A stretch of 64,000 nucleotides of DNA from Balanoglossus misakiensis (lineage: Eukaryota; Animalia; Hemichordata), in assembly GCA_040954595.2 (NCBI GenBank), contig CM082589.2, positions 10,800,894 through 10,864,893 of the forward strand, read 5' to 3'. The notes below the pieces were generated by a model. That model saw nothing but the letters and a program-made list of their open reading frames with translations. It had not been told where the DNA came from and did not search any database. The position numbers and the translations under genes are program-made. This document shows, one piece after another, positions 52,001-64,000 of the stretch; positions within the stretch are counted from its first letter, which is position 1, and each line of letters opens with the position of its first letter.

Positions 52001-53584
52001 ACTAGGCCAGAGTGGCCAGTATCGTGCCCATTAATTTTGAGTGTTTGGTGGGGGTCAACCTTTGCGTCAACATTAACTAGGCCAGAGTGGCCAGTATCCT
52101 GCCCATTAATTTTGAGTGTTTGGTGGGGTCAACCTTTGCATCAACATTAACCAGAGCACACAGTAACCAGGCCATAGTGGACAGTGTTCTGCCCATTAAT
52201 TTTGAGTGTTTGGTGGGGTCAACCTTTGCATCAACATTAACCAGAGCACACAGTAACCAGGCCGTAGTGGACAGTGTGCTGCCCATTAATTTTGAGTGTT
52301 TGGTGGGGACAACCTTTGCGTCAACATTAACCAGAGCACACAGTAACCAGGCCATAGTGGACAGTATGCTGCCCATTGATTTTGAGTGTTTGGTGGGGTC
52401 AACCTTTGCGTCAACATTAACTAGGCCAGAGTGGCCAGTATCGTGCCCATTAATTTTGAGTGTTTGGTGGGGGTCAACCTTTGCGTCAACATTAACTAGG
52501 CCAGAGTGGCCAGTATGCTGCCTATTAATTTTGAGTGTTTGGTGGGGTCAACCTTTGCGTCAACATTAAGCAGGCCAGACAGTAACCAGGCCAGAGTGGA
52601 CAGTATCCTGCCTATTAATTTTGAGTGATTTGTGGGTCAATTTGATCAAATACTGCCTACCGCTGGCACTGCATATTTGAAGAAATGTGAAAAGATGGCA
52701 AGACAGGTTTGGTAAATGTGGGCCCCCTAACTGAAGCAAAAGCACAAACTTAAAACAAAGATATGAATTTGGAAGAGTTTTATTTATTACATATGAAAAA
52801 TAATGAAGACTTATGCTTCAAAGTAAGTATCGACGGAGTCGAACCGCCAATGCTGCAATGGCATTATACCCATAATACTTTTTTGCTTTTTGCATGAATT
52901 TCATTATTTTTCATATGCTGTGCAGCTAAAGTGTGGCTAGATGGCTAACTGCTGATGTAAAATATCTTGCATACCAATTTGGAACAATTACCCCAAGTAG
53001 TGGTCAAACAGAAACAATGCTTGCATTCAATTTAAAACAAGGTGACAAAAGTGGTTGAAATGAAACAATAAGCAAAAACAGTGTTTATCAAACTGAAATA
53101 ATGTGGTCGAAATGAAACAATGAGCAAAAACAGTGTTTATCAAACTGAAATAATGTGCCAAAATAGCTCCTGTTGATATTGCACAAAATTAACTGTTGCA
53201 TTCTACCCTTGAGTTAATTTTTATTTCCAGGCAATTATGTGCTTAATACTAAATATTATCTATGGGTACAAACCATCAGTTTCTTAAGTGCAAATCGCAA
53301 GAAGCTCCCCCATACAATTTTAGTGTTTTTTTAAATCAAGCAAGATAATTACATACTGTGTGATAAACTAACTAACTTTACGCGCCTGGGGACAGTTAAA
53401 AACCTCGAGCCAAATATAAAATGAGGAAAAACTGCCCCCTCCCCCGTTGTGAATTTTAAAAGGTTGGGGCTCAAACTAACCAGAATTGTCTTGCCGGCTC
53501 CTATTTTTCTGTGTACATTTTGATGTATTGTTGTTACGCGAGATTGAGGATTCGTGTTGATGCGGGAATTACGATGACGAAAGC

Positions 53585-53782
53585 AAAAAATCCATCGGCG
53601 AATCAAACGGGCACACGGCGAAATTCCATTACACGACGATCCAACTGCGATGAAGAACGCGAACGCGGGTAACGTTGTAAAAAATCCATCGGCGAATCAA
53701 ACGGGCACACGGCGAAATTCCATTACATGACGAGCGACCTGCAATGAAGAACGCGAACGCGGGTAACGCTGCAAAAAATCCG
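53585..53782. repeat. 94-bp tandem duplication (2 copies plus a partial third)
   Basis: aaaaaatccatcggcgaatcaaacgggcacacggcgaaattccattaca repeated at 94-bp spacing. Confidence 0.85.
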
Positions 53783-54204
53783 CAGACAATTATTACACGA
53801 ATGCATAGCAACAATTATTTTACCCAACCTGACACTAATAAATTACCCAATGATTTTAAATTTCTTATTATTACACCCCAACTAATCATTATACCTTTGT
53901 AATATTAACACCGTTTATACACATCCCATAATGTTTATACCATCAAGTTAATACCATTTTATTATTATTATACCACCAAAACCATGTGTTACCCATTTTT
54001 TTTATTATTACACCATTGATGTTAACATCTTTATATATTATACCGGTATTTACCCTCTGTACATGTACAGTTTTTATTTACCACGTGGCATTACTCATGT
54101 TTTTATAGTATTTTAATTACTTATCATACCCTTGAAACCATAATATTATACCCTTGCAGACAGTTTTATTATAGTACCCTTGTGCACAATGTCTTATTAG
54201 TCAT

Positions 54205-54382
54205 CATACACCAACCCTTCACCATTTCATTAGATTATACCATTTTTATTAGCCTAACCTGTTTATACACCAACCCTTCACCATTCCGTTAGATTATACC
54301 ATTTTTTATTACCCTAACATATTCATACACCAACCCTTTACCATTCCCTCAGATTAAACCATTTTTATTAGCCTAACCTATT
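54205..54382. repeat. ~60-bp tandem repeat x3
   Basis: atacaccaacccttcaccatt...agattataccattttt...cctaac. Confidence 0.85.
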
Positions 54383-54563
54383 GACAGCATCCCTCTGGTT
54401 TTGATATTGTTATCTGGTGCGGCGTTGTTGTAGATATTGATTAGACTCCCTCCGGCGATGATAATACCAATGAACCTATTGAAAAAAAAGAATGAATATT
54501 ATTTATTAGATCAGATCAACAAATCATGGCGTCGTTCATCCCTCTGGTCACAGGAGCATCATC

Positions 54564-55292
54564 TGGCGTCGTTACAGGTTTAAGTTCATCCCTCCAGTAC
54601 AGTATAAGGTGGCGGCGTCGTTACAAGTATTAAGTTCATCTCTCCAGTACAGTATTAGGTGGCGGCGGCGTTACAAGTATTAACTTCATCTCTCCAGTAC
54701 AGTATTAGGTGGCGGCGTCGTTACAAGTATTAACTTCATCTCTCCAGTACAGTATTAGGTGGCGGCATCGTTACAAGTTTAAGTTCATCCCTCCAGTACA
54801 GTATTAGGTGGCGGCGTCGTTACAAGTATTAACTTCATCTCTCCAGTACAGTATTAGGTGGCGGCGTCGTTACAAGTATTAACTTCATCTCTCCAGTACA
54901 GTATTAGGTGGCGGCGTCGTTACAAGTATTAACTTCATCTCTCCAGTACAGTATTAGGTGGCGGCGTCGTTACAAGTATTAACTTCATCTCTCCAGTACA
55001 GTATTAGGTGGCGGCGTCGTTACAAGTATTAACTTCATCTCTCCAGTACAGTATTAGGTGGCGGCGTCGTTACAAGTATTAACTTCATCTCTCCAGTACA
55101 GTATTAGGTGGCGGCGTCGTTACAAGTATTAAGTTCATCTCTCCAGTACAGTATTAGGTGGCGGCGTCGTTACAAGTATTAACTTCATCTCTCCAGTACA
55201 GTATTAGGTGGCGGCGTCGTTACAAGTTTAAGTTCATACCTCCAGTACAGTATTAGGTGGCGACGTCGTTACAAATATTACACTCCCTCCAG
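54564..55292. repeat. 50-bp minisatellite, ~14 copies
   Basis: ctccagtacagtattaggtggcggcgtcgttacaagtattaacttcatct. Confidence 0.95.
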
Positions 55293-56055
55293 CAGCAGTG
55301 TTACCAAAGAACCTAATGTAAAAAAAGAATGAAATTATTTTAATAATCTGATTAGGTCAAGTCATCATATTGATAAAGAAAACGACAAGAAGAAATCATT
55401 TAAAAATTAACGCTGCCAGCACCATTGGTTGGGCCCAAACGGTTCCCATGGTTACCAGGGTATGCCAAGGCTGTATTCTGCTGTGAATACCAAGATATAT
55501 GAAAGCTGGTCAAAGGTTACCCCAGGGTCATTGAAAATCGCAAAAAATAGCGTCAAGGACACTGTGGTCTCATTTAGTGATTACACTAGAAAAAGTCTAC
55601 ACAGGAGTACAGACAGACAGACACACACATAGAGAGGCAATAAAATATGATGCCCCCCCCAGCCCCGAAAACATCTTGATCTTATGTATGCTGGCCTGGT
55701 ACAATAGACAAACCAGCCAATTAATGAAAATTTTGTACAAATACAGAGCTCAAAGTTGCATTTTAGTGAGCCCAAAAGCAAATTAACTCAATGTTACGAC
55801 AAATTTTACTTTTGCCACTCAAAGTTTGCATCGGTGGGGTGGGATGGCAAGTACTCTTCCCTGATACAATAGACAAACCAGCCAATAAATGAAATGAGGT
55901 GAAGAATGAAGGTGAAAAATGAATAACTTTATTTGATTCCATTATCTAAACAAACACATCCAATTAACTTCCTACTCAAATTTCAAAGTAATCAGTCATA
56001 GGTTTTGTAAATCATCATGAGAAATCACCCTGAAACCAAATCAAATCAAAAATCA

Positions 56056-56350
56056 TATAAGCCTAGTCGGGCTCTGCGCTCCAGCTCAAGGAACCAGTTG
56101 TGTGTACCAAAGTACAGACTCAAAACATATGGTGGATGTGCCTTTTCCCTTGTCGCGCCACAACTTTGGAATTCTCTGCCATCTGACATTCAACAGGCTT
56201 CTAGTCTCAACATTTTCAAACAAAAACTCAAGACATTTCTATTTGTCAAAGCCTACGAACACTGATGTTATACTTTCAGCGCCTTTGGAAATAACATTGT
56301 TATTGATTCTGGCGCTTTATAAATGTTTGTTTTGATTTGATTTGATTTGA
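56056..56350 (+). mobile_element. 3' fragment of an L2/CR1-group LINE
   Basis: YKPSRALRS...AFSLVAPQLWNSLP...FKQKLKTFLF, 3' stem agcgcc..ggcgct, (TTTGA)n tail. Confidence 0.85.
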
Positions 56351-57900
56351 TCCCCCAAAAATATACTATTCAATTCATCAAGTTGATTTGAAAAACATAC
56401 ATGCAAATCTTACTTGAGCTACCCCTAACATGACTGACAAATTTTAAAGCAATGGAACAAGCGGTTTTAGAGAAAAAAAATTAATTAAACAAGGCTGAAA
56501 TTGCTCCAAAATTATCAATATGCAAATTTTGCAACATTTCAACAAAAGTATTGTAACTCATATCACCTACATGAAGCTTCATACTAAATTTTTTTTACCA
56601 CAAATGAGGAAAAAGGCAAAAAATGCATAAAATAGAACATTCAAACTATTAGTTAAAAAAATACAGGATTGTATGTGGTTGACATAAGGTACTTGCATAC
56701 CAATTGTCAAATCAATCTGTAAATTATCATGAGAACAAACCCTGAAACCTTCAAATCAAATTTCAAAGCAGTGGGGGTAAAGGGGGCACAGTACGATATT
56801 TTACCCACAACTCTCCATGATTTGTATCATCGAGATTGTCCATTTAATTACTTTCTGTTTTAGATACTAACAATGATATGAAGTACATATAACTGTATTA
56901 AGATTTATCTAGAAAAAGTATGTTGAGGAATTAGAGTGAAAATTTCAAAATCAAGATTTAAAAGCCATAGAAATCAAAGTATTCATTCATGTACGTCAAA
57001 TGTCACACTTAGGAGGAAAGAAGCAATGACTAACTGAGGTGGCCAGTCTCTGTTGAAAGTCAACATGTAAATTTCCATTGTTCTGTCTATAGAAAAAAAT
57101 CAATATTGTTTTGTTTGATTAAACAAGTGTTTCAAGTGTCCCTGTTTTACTTCAAACTTTTTTGTATCGGCTGGCTATGCAATTGCTTATTTTATAAAAT
57201 TTGTATCTCCTCTTTCAATAATGCATGATTTTGTTTATCATTTGAAATGGTAATTGACAATAAGATTCGCCTTTAAAGCATGCTCTCAAAATTTGTATTA
57301 GTGGTCTACAATTTTCTCTACACATGTGAACTTTGCCTGGTTTGACCGAGTAATCTCTGGTTGTACAAACCAGAGTGATTCATGGGATATTTCACGTACT
57401 GTGGGGGGTTCTGAGAAGAGTTTTGACCAAAAATGGCAAAAATCATCCCAAAAATATACTATTCAATTCATCAAGTTGATTTGAAAAACATACATGCAAA
57501 TCTTACTTGGGCTACCCCTAATATGACTAACAAATTTCAAAGCAATGTAACAACCGGTTTAAAAAAAAAATTCAAAAACGGCCGAAATTGCTCCAAAATT
57601 ATGAATATGCAAATTTTGCAACATTTTAACAAAAGTATGCTAACTCATATCACCTATATGAAGCTTCATACTAAATTTCAAAGAAGTCGTCTCATCAATT
57701 TTAGAAAAGTAGATGTTTTACCAAAAATGAGGAAAAAGGCAAAAAATGCATAAAAATAGAACATTCAAACTATTCAAAATACAGGACTGTATGTGGTTGA
57801 CATAAGGTACTTGCATACCAATTGTCAAATCAATCTGACCAGTGGTTTTGACCAATTTCAAATTTTCCCAGCTAATTTGCATTTATTTAACAATTTCAAC
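56350..57900. repeat. Diverged direct duplicate (56350-56720 vs ~57445-57835) of an interspersed repeat also present at 60-63 kb
   Basis: Shared caaaaatatactattcaattcatcaagttg...gacataaggtacttgcatacc. Confidence 0.8.
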
Positions 57901-58183
57901 TGAATATGGCTGCCAGGTCAAATGACTGATTTGAATTTCAAGGTGCACACTCATTGGCAAGGACAACTGTGACAAATTCAAGAAGCATAGGTGTGGCAGG
58001 TTTTCAGAGCAAGGTGTAAAAAATATCCAGGGAATGGGGCCCAAGCTCCTAAAAACCCAGCACAATACCAATAGGGACTCATATTACTAACAAAGTGTAA
58101 GCCTGTAATAAGTCAAAAGCTGCACATCTTTTTACCACCTCGTGCCAGTACTAAGCAATAAGACTTTTTATAGAGTTGTTTAA

Positions 58184-58916
58184 GGTGGCACTGCATGAAA
58201 CCGTCGAGACTTTTTCAGAGGCCTATTTCTCATCAAAGACAAAGTTTAAACCCCCATAAACCATATATATTCTGGAAGCTGAGATTTTGAACTTTTGTTT
58301 GAGTTGCAAATATTATTGATCCCCGGAAATGGTGGCGATTTTGGGCGAAAAAACCCATTTTTTGATATTATGTCATGAAATTTAAAATAGGTAAAAAAGT
58401 TGACCATGCATCATGCATCTTAATATGTCATTCGAAACTAAAGTACACGTGCAAAAAAACGCTAATTTTGTTTTGCGTTATCTGCTTCCATTGAGGAGTA
58501 ACAGCGTTTGAAAGTTAGATTTTCTGAAAATTTGATCAAATTCACGGTGAGTTGTATTGAATCAGAGTTTATTCCCGCCAGGGACACTTTATCGACATAC
58601 AAAACTAGCGTTTTGTTGGATGGGTCATACACAATTCCCTGTCAAAATTTGAGCAAATTCGGCCAATGCAGGGCGAAGCTATTTTAGTCCGAAGTTGTCA
58701 AAAGCAGCGAAAATGCAAACCGAGAAAAACGGCCATTTGCATTGTTGACACCTATTTGTTAAGCTGTGAACTCATTCAGAAAAGTGCTATTTGGGGGTGA
58801 TTGTGCACCATTTCCGCCAAGACGTATTAGTCAGGATGTGGGTGAGTATTAGGCCTACCGATTTAAGTAAAACAGTAAAATTTGGCAAAAATCACAACTT
58901 TTCATGCAATGCCACC
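58184..58916. mobile_element. Non-autonomous TIR element with TTAA TSD (Kolobok-like GG..CC)
   Basis: ttaa-GGTGGCACTGCATGAAA...TTTCATGCAATGCCACC-ttaa. Confidence 0.85.
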
Positions 58917-60249
58917 TTAATTGTCTCTGCTGATGCCAGAGACTGAAAAAGAATCCTACAAGTTAGGATTTTCAGAAACAATGATAGCTATTTCTATTAC
59001 TGTTTGTAAACAAAAATGTGATGTTCACCGCCTTGTTTTCAGAAAAGTATTTACATAAATGTTTTTCCATAGAGTTAACACAGACATTGGCAGCCATCTT
59101 GAATTTCAAAAACTGCAACAATATCTCCAATGCAACAAATCTGCAAATTGTACTATTTGACACCTGACTTAGGTCAAGGGGTTTCAGAGATGATGACTAC
59201 TCTTCAGACTCAGACAAAATAATAATGCAATATTCAGCGGAATTTCAAAAGCATTGACTAAGATCACCAAGGGACAATTCATACCAAAGATCAAAACAAT
59301 TAGACGTACCTATTTTAAAGATCATTATGAAAACTTTACAGATTCGGTTATAATGTAAATAAAAGTAGATCACCCCTGTGGACATGGCAATCAGACATGC
59401 ATATTCTGACAAGATTTTTTGTTTGTACAAAAAGGCAACTGTCTCCAAAATACAAAATTACAGATTATGTCACATACCTCAGGGAGATCAATACTAAATT
59501 TCAGAGAAAATTTCCCCCCAAATATGCAAATTTCACCATATTTTGAAGAAACAACTTGTGTCATACCTAGAAACCTGCATAGTCAAAGTAATCTACGAGC
59601 TTAGCTTTTTTCTTCCAAAAACAGCAAAAAACTTGTTCCAAACTACAAATATGCAGAATTCAACACAATTTGAACACACATTACTTCGCCACCCCAAGAA
59701 ACCTGCACACCAATTTTAAAAGCACTTGCGCCAGTGATTTCAGAAAAGAAAAATGTTGACAGACATAGGATGACTGAACATCTATCTACCTGTCAGATAA
59801 CTTTTGCAGTGCTGAGAGCAGAGCTAGAGATTGGTGTTGTCTTTTTACATTTTAAATCATCACACTTTGCTACTCAAAGCTACTATTCTGCTATGCTTGA
59901 GAAATGACTTGGGACCATTTTTGGCAAACAATAGTCACTAATCTTCCTCAGTTTATAGTACAATGTACCTACACTGTTTTAGTAATGTACTGAAAATGTT
60001 CAGACTATTTCTTGTGTCTGCATATGTCTTTAGTACAGAAGAATAATCTATCCGGTTGTCATTTCTCTGTTTATTCAGAAATAAACTAGTCTGGGTTGCA
60101 ACAGTAAAAATTTTAAAATATTCATACCCTTTCTGAAGGATGTTCAAAACCAATACCTATGTGAAGCATTATATCAAATTTGCTGGGTAACTGTGGATTT
60201 ATAACTTTTGCTAATTACAGTGCTAACTCACACTGGATGATTCGACGGT

Positions 60250-63200
60250 AATTTTAGATTCATATGAAGATTTTTTACCAATAATGTTGAAAAATACAAA
60301 TAAATGCATCAAAAATAGAAAATCAAAATTAGCTCAAAACATACAGGACTGTATGAGGTAGGCATAAGGTACTTGCATACCAATTTCCAAATCAATCTGA
60401 CCAGCAGTTGTTGAATTTTGCGAGTTTTGACCAATTTCACATTTTCCAGCTAATTTGCATATATTTGGTAATGACATTTTCATGTTAACAAACTCCAATC
60501 TACAGCCCAGCCTGCATCTGCACACCAAATATCGAGGTGATATGCACAACGGTTTTCAAGTTTTAGATGTGGACGGACATACAGACATACATCCATACAA
60601 ACAGACAGACATACTGTAAAACACTTTATTTTCGCGAGCAATTAATTTTCGCCAAATACGCGAGAGCCAAAATAACGTGAAAATAAAAAGTCGCGTAAAT
60701 TGTTTTTGAAGATAACGATGCAGTGAATGAAATAAGAGAACGCGAAAATTAATACTCGCGAAACAGTGGCCTCTCTCGATATCGCGAAAAATTTAACTCG
60801 CGAAAATACAGTACATCCATACATAAATACAGACACAACTGATTCCATAAGGCCCATGGTACATACCATATGGGACCTAAAAACTGCAGAAGCTACACAA
60901 AACATTAATACTGAAAACATGGCAAACAGTTGTTGCTAACGGGGTTTTAAATCTCCCTTATAGATATTTTTGAACTCCCAATTTATGATTATTGACTGTT
61001 TGATTGATTAGTTGTTGCACAAATGATAGTATTATCAAAGTAAATAATATCTGTGAGAAATTTCTTTTCATATTTATTTGAATATGGATAGGGTAAGATG
61101 GGGGTTAAACAAAACTACATTTGTTCAAAAGTGGCAAAAACACAAATATGCAAAAATCACTATAATTGTACACCATCTTACTTAAATCACTACAAGGAAC
61201 ATTCCTGTCAAAGTTCAAAGCAATCTGACAAGCGCTTTCAGACACAGCGAATTTGATAACCATCTACAAATATATTTTTATTTTTTAAACAATTCTTTTA
61301 CAACACCTTACTTGGGTTACCCCCCTAGGAATCTGCATTCTGAGCAAAAATTACAAAATTGCTCAAAATTATAAATATACCAATTTCACAACAATTTGCA
61401 ATTTGGACAAAAACTATGGCTTTCAGAAAGGAAGATTTTTCTTTACCAATAATGCAGTAAAAGACAAAACAATAAAAATAGAAAATTCATAATATTAGCT
61501 CAAAACAAAACATACAGGACTGTATGGCATTTATTGACATTTATAAGAATATGGACAGGGTATGATAGGGGGGGGGAATTATAAATTCCAAGGGGGTCAT
61601 CAATTTTTTGTCATAGCTTTTTGGGGCCATAGAAAAAATAACCTAAAAAGTAGGAAATCCTACGTCCCCCTAAGCTTTCATTCTGGCCAACAACTTTTTA
61701 TGAAGGCTTCTGCAGTTGTTAAAAACAGATTGCCTGCTATGTTAGACTATCAATCTATAGAGGGGATGAAAAATGTCCTTTTGTCAAGTGTCTGGATTTT
61801 GATAACTTCAACAGGTAAAAATATATTTGTAGATGTTTATCAAATTCGCTATGTCTGAAACAGTATGCTTGCAAATGTATTAATATAGTCAGATAATATG
61901 AATAGTGAAGATAGCAAAACAAACAGGTTTATGCTTATAGCCATAACTTCTATTAGTGATGTACATGTTGTACTTAGCAAATAATTGTTATGATCAACTT
62001 GGTTTTTATTGCACAAGATCTTTTTATTGCATCCATGTTTCTTTTCATTCTGGATAATAGTCTGTCTAAATAAGTTAACAGGCTTGATGAGGGTTATTTT
62101 AAACAGCGTTCTCAAAAAACCTGCAATGTCATGCCCTATATTTATAAAGTTGAGGAGAGGTTGTATTCCTAGCAGGATGTTGAAATCATTGGAGGACAAA
62201 CCCTGCCAGTACCAAAAGTTGCTGGGTGTTATAAATGTTTGAGTAACCCCCCCCCCCCCCTTCCCCAATAACACAATATATACTAAAACATTTTTACAAC
62301 ATCTTACTCAGTTTACCCTTAGGAATATGCCTACCAAATCAATCTGGCATGCAGTTTTAAAGAAAAAAAAATGACCAAAAGTGGCAAAAATTGCTCAAAA
62401 TTAAAATATGCAAATTTTTCAACAATTTGAACAAAACTTTGGTTACTCAGACAACCATTAGAAGCTTCATACTAAAATTCAAAGAATGAGGCCTATAACT
62501 TTAAGAAATGATGATTTCTTTACCAATAATGTGGAATAATACAAAAAATGCATAAAAGATTTTTGGCATAAAAAATTAAAAATCGATAATATTAGCTCAA
62601 AACATACAGGACTGTTTGAGGTAGACATAAGGTACATGCATACTGATTTTCAAATGAATGTGACCAGTGGTTGTTGAGTTTGAGTTTTGACCAATTTCAC
62701 ATTTTCCTAGCTAATTTGCATATTTTTGGCAATGACAGCTTCATTTGAACAAACTCCAATCTTCAGCCTGGCCTGCATCTACACACCAAATATCGAGGTC
62801 ATATGCCCAGCGGTTTTCAAGTTTGTGATGTGGACGGACATACAGACATACATACATACATCCACCGATATCATAAGGTCCCATGGTAAAGCAAATGGGA
62901 CCTTACAAAACTATGATAACTCAGATCACCTATGAAGCTTCATACTAAATTTCAAATAAGTCAGCTGATCAATTCCAGAAAAGCAGATTTTCTACCGATA
63001 ATGTGGAAAGAGACAAAAAATACATAAAAAATCGAAAATTCACATTAGCTCACGACATATAGAACTGTGTGAGGTTAACATAACTTACAGGAATACCAAT
63101 TTTCAATTTTGAAAGCAATTTGCTCAGTAGTTGTCGAGTTCCCGAGTTTGGACGAATTTGACACTTTCCCAGCTAATTTGCATATTTTGGCAATGACAAC

Positions 63201-63400
63201 TTCATTTTGACAACTCCCACTTAATGCCCTGCCTGCATCTCCACACTAAATATCAAGGTCACATGCCAGTGGTTTCCAAGTGTTTGATATTGATAGACAT
63301 ACAGACAAACATCCATACAGACATCCATATATACAGGTGCAACTGATCCCATAAGGTCCCATGGTATAAATACATATACCTGCACCAAATGGGACCTAAT
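60250..63400 (-). mobile_element. Cluster of three HINE/Helentron-like copies (ends ~60883, ~62910, ~63400)
   Basis: Each has an (ACAG/ACAT)n microsatellite then hairpin aggtcccat...atgggacct followed by A-rich sequence; shared upstream body. Confidence 0.6.
60614..60811. mobile_element. MITE family B copy nested in a HINE microsatellite
   Basis: Near reverse complement of 21786-21992, TA flanks. Confidence 0.85.
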
Positions 63401-64000
63401 AATTCTGATAAAATGCCTACATAGTAAGTTTAAAAACCAATTGTACCTTCAACGTCCTTGGACAACAATGGCTAATATTACTTGCCAAGGGCGACTAGAA
63501 TTTTGGGGGCCTGATGCAATTCTGATACATGTACTTCATGATTTAGAGATATTGTGAAAATCCTGTCAACCGAATTACAGGGAAATCAGATTTTCCATGT
63601 AAAATCATATCACCCAAAAATGTCAAGTGTCGAAAATAATTTTGAAACAAAAGTCTACTCAAAATCATACCAAAATTTAAATTTTAAAGCAGTACGTTAG
63701 GCAAGCAATTTGAGAATGAAGAAACTTACAAAAAAATTATAAATTGAAAATAACTTACAAATGCCGTACACAAACTTACAATCACTACCATATTACTGTA
63801 CAAGTTAAAAGGACATTGTACCAGCAGAGACATTGCGATCGAGCAATCCCCAAGATATACATGACATGGTCTAATTACAAATATTGAATATGTAAAATAG
63901 GTACACAACACTTCCATTCTTTCAGTACAGTCAGCTGCTTGTTAACAATAGGCATGTAGCTATTTCATCAAATTTACAGCCCAAGTCATGCCTATACAAT

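Larger units (their letters stand above)
26585..52640. repeat. Satellite array of 90-bp and 74/75-bp monomers (roughly 200 units), interrupted by five transposon copies
   Basis: Monomer ccagagcacacagtaaccaggccRtagtggacagtgtKctgcccattaattttgagtgtttggtggggtcaacctttgcgtcaacattaa; the short type lacks 16 bp. Confidence 0.98.

Noticed and set aside
26585-52640. CRISPR-like array next to a nuclease (transposase)
   Set aside because: No unique spacers, monomers are identical end to end, no cas genes; the piggyBac is a TSD-flanked insertion
61562-62274. Overlapping 77-141 aa ORFs as continuation of the Uif-like gene
   Set aside because: No Sushi, EGF or FA58C motifs and no consistent splice signals

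Overview
Repeat-rich animal genomic DNA; the repeat families and gene content suggest an invertebrate, possibly a hemichordate or echinoderm (inference only). From 1-26.5 kb: a decayed 5'-truncated LINE, many MITEs (TTAA- and TA-targeting), Crypton-like and Helentron/HINE-like elements, and 16 reconstructable + strand exons of an Uninflatable-like gene (C-type lectin, 3 CUB, Sushi, 2 Ca-EGF) carrying several inactivating lesions. From 26.6-52.6 kb: a ~26 kb satellite of 90-bp and 74/75-bp monomers with nested higher-order duplications. The array appears to have grown out of a MITE terminal repeat. It contains four 832-bp copies of one P-element-like non-autonomous transposon (7-bp TSD) and one complete 3983-bp piggyBac with an apparently intact two-intron 688-aa transposase gene. 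From 52.6-64 kb: minisatellites, an L2-like 3' fragment, MITEs and HINE-like repeats. The long ORFs in the satellite are repeat artefacts. No tRNA, rRNA or CRISPR array is supported. Family assignments rest on recalled motifs and terminal structure, not database searches.
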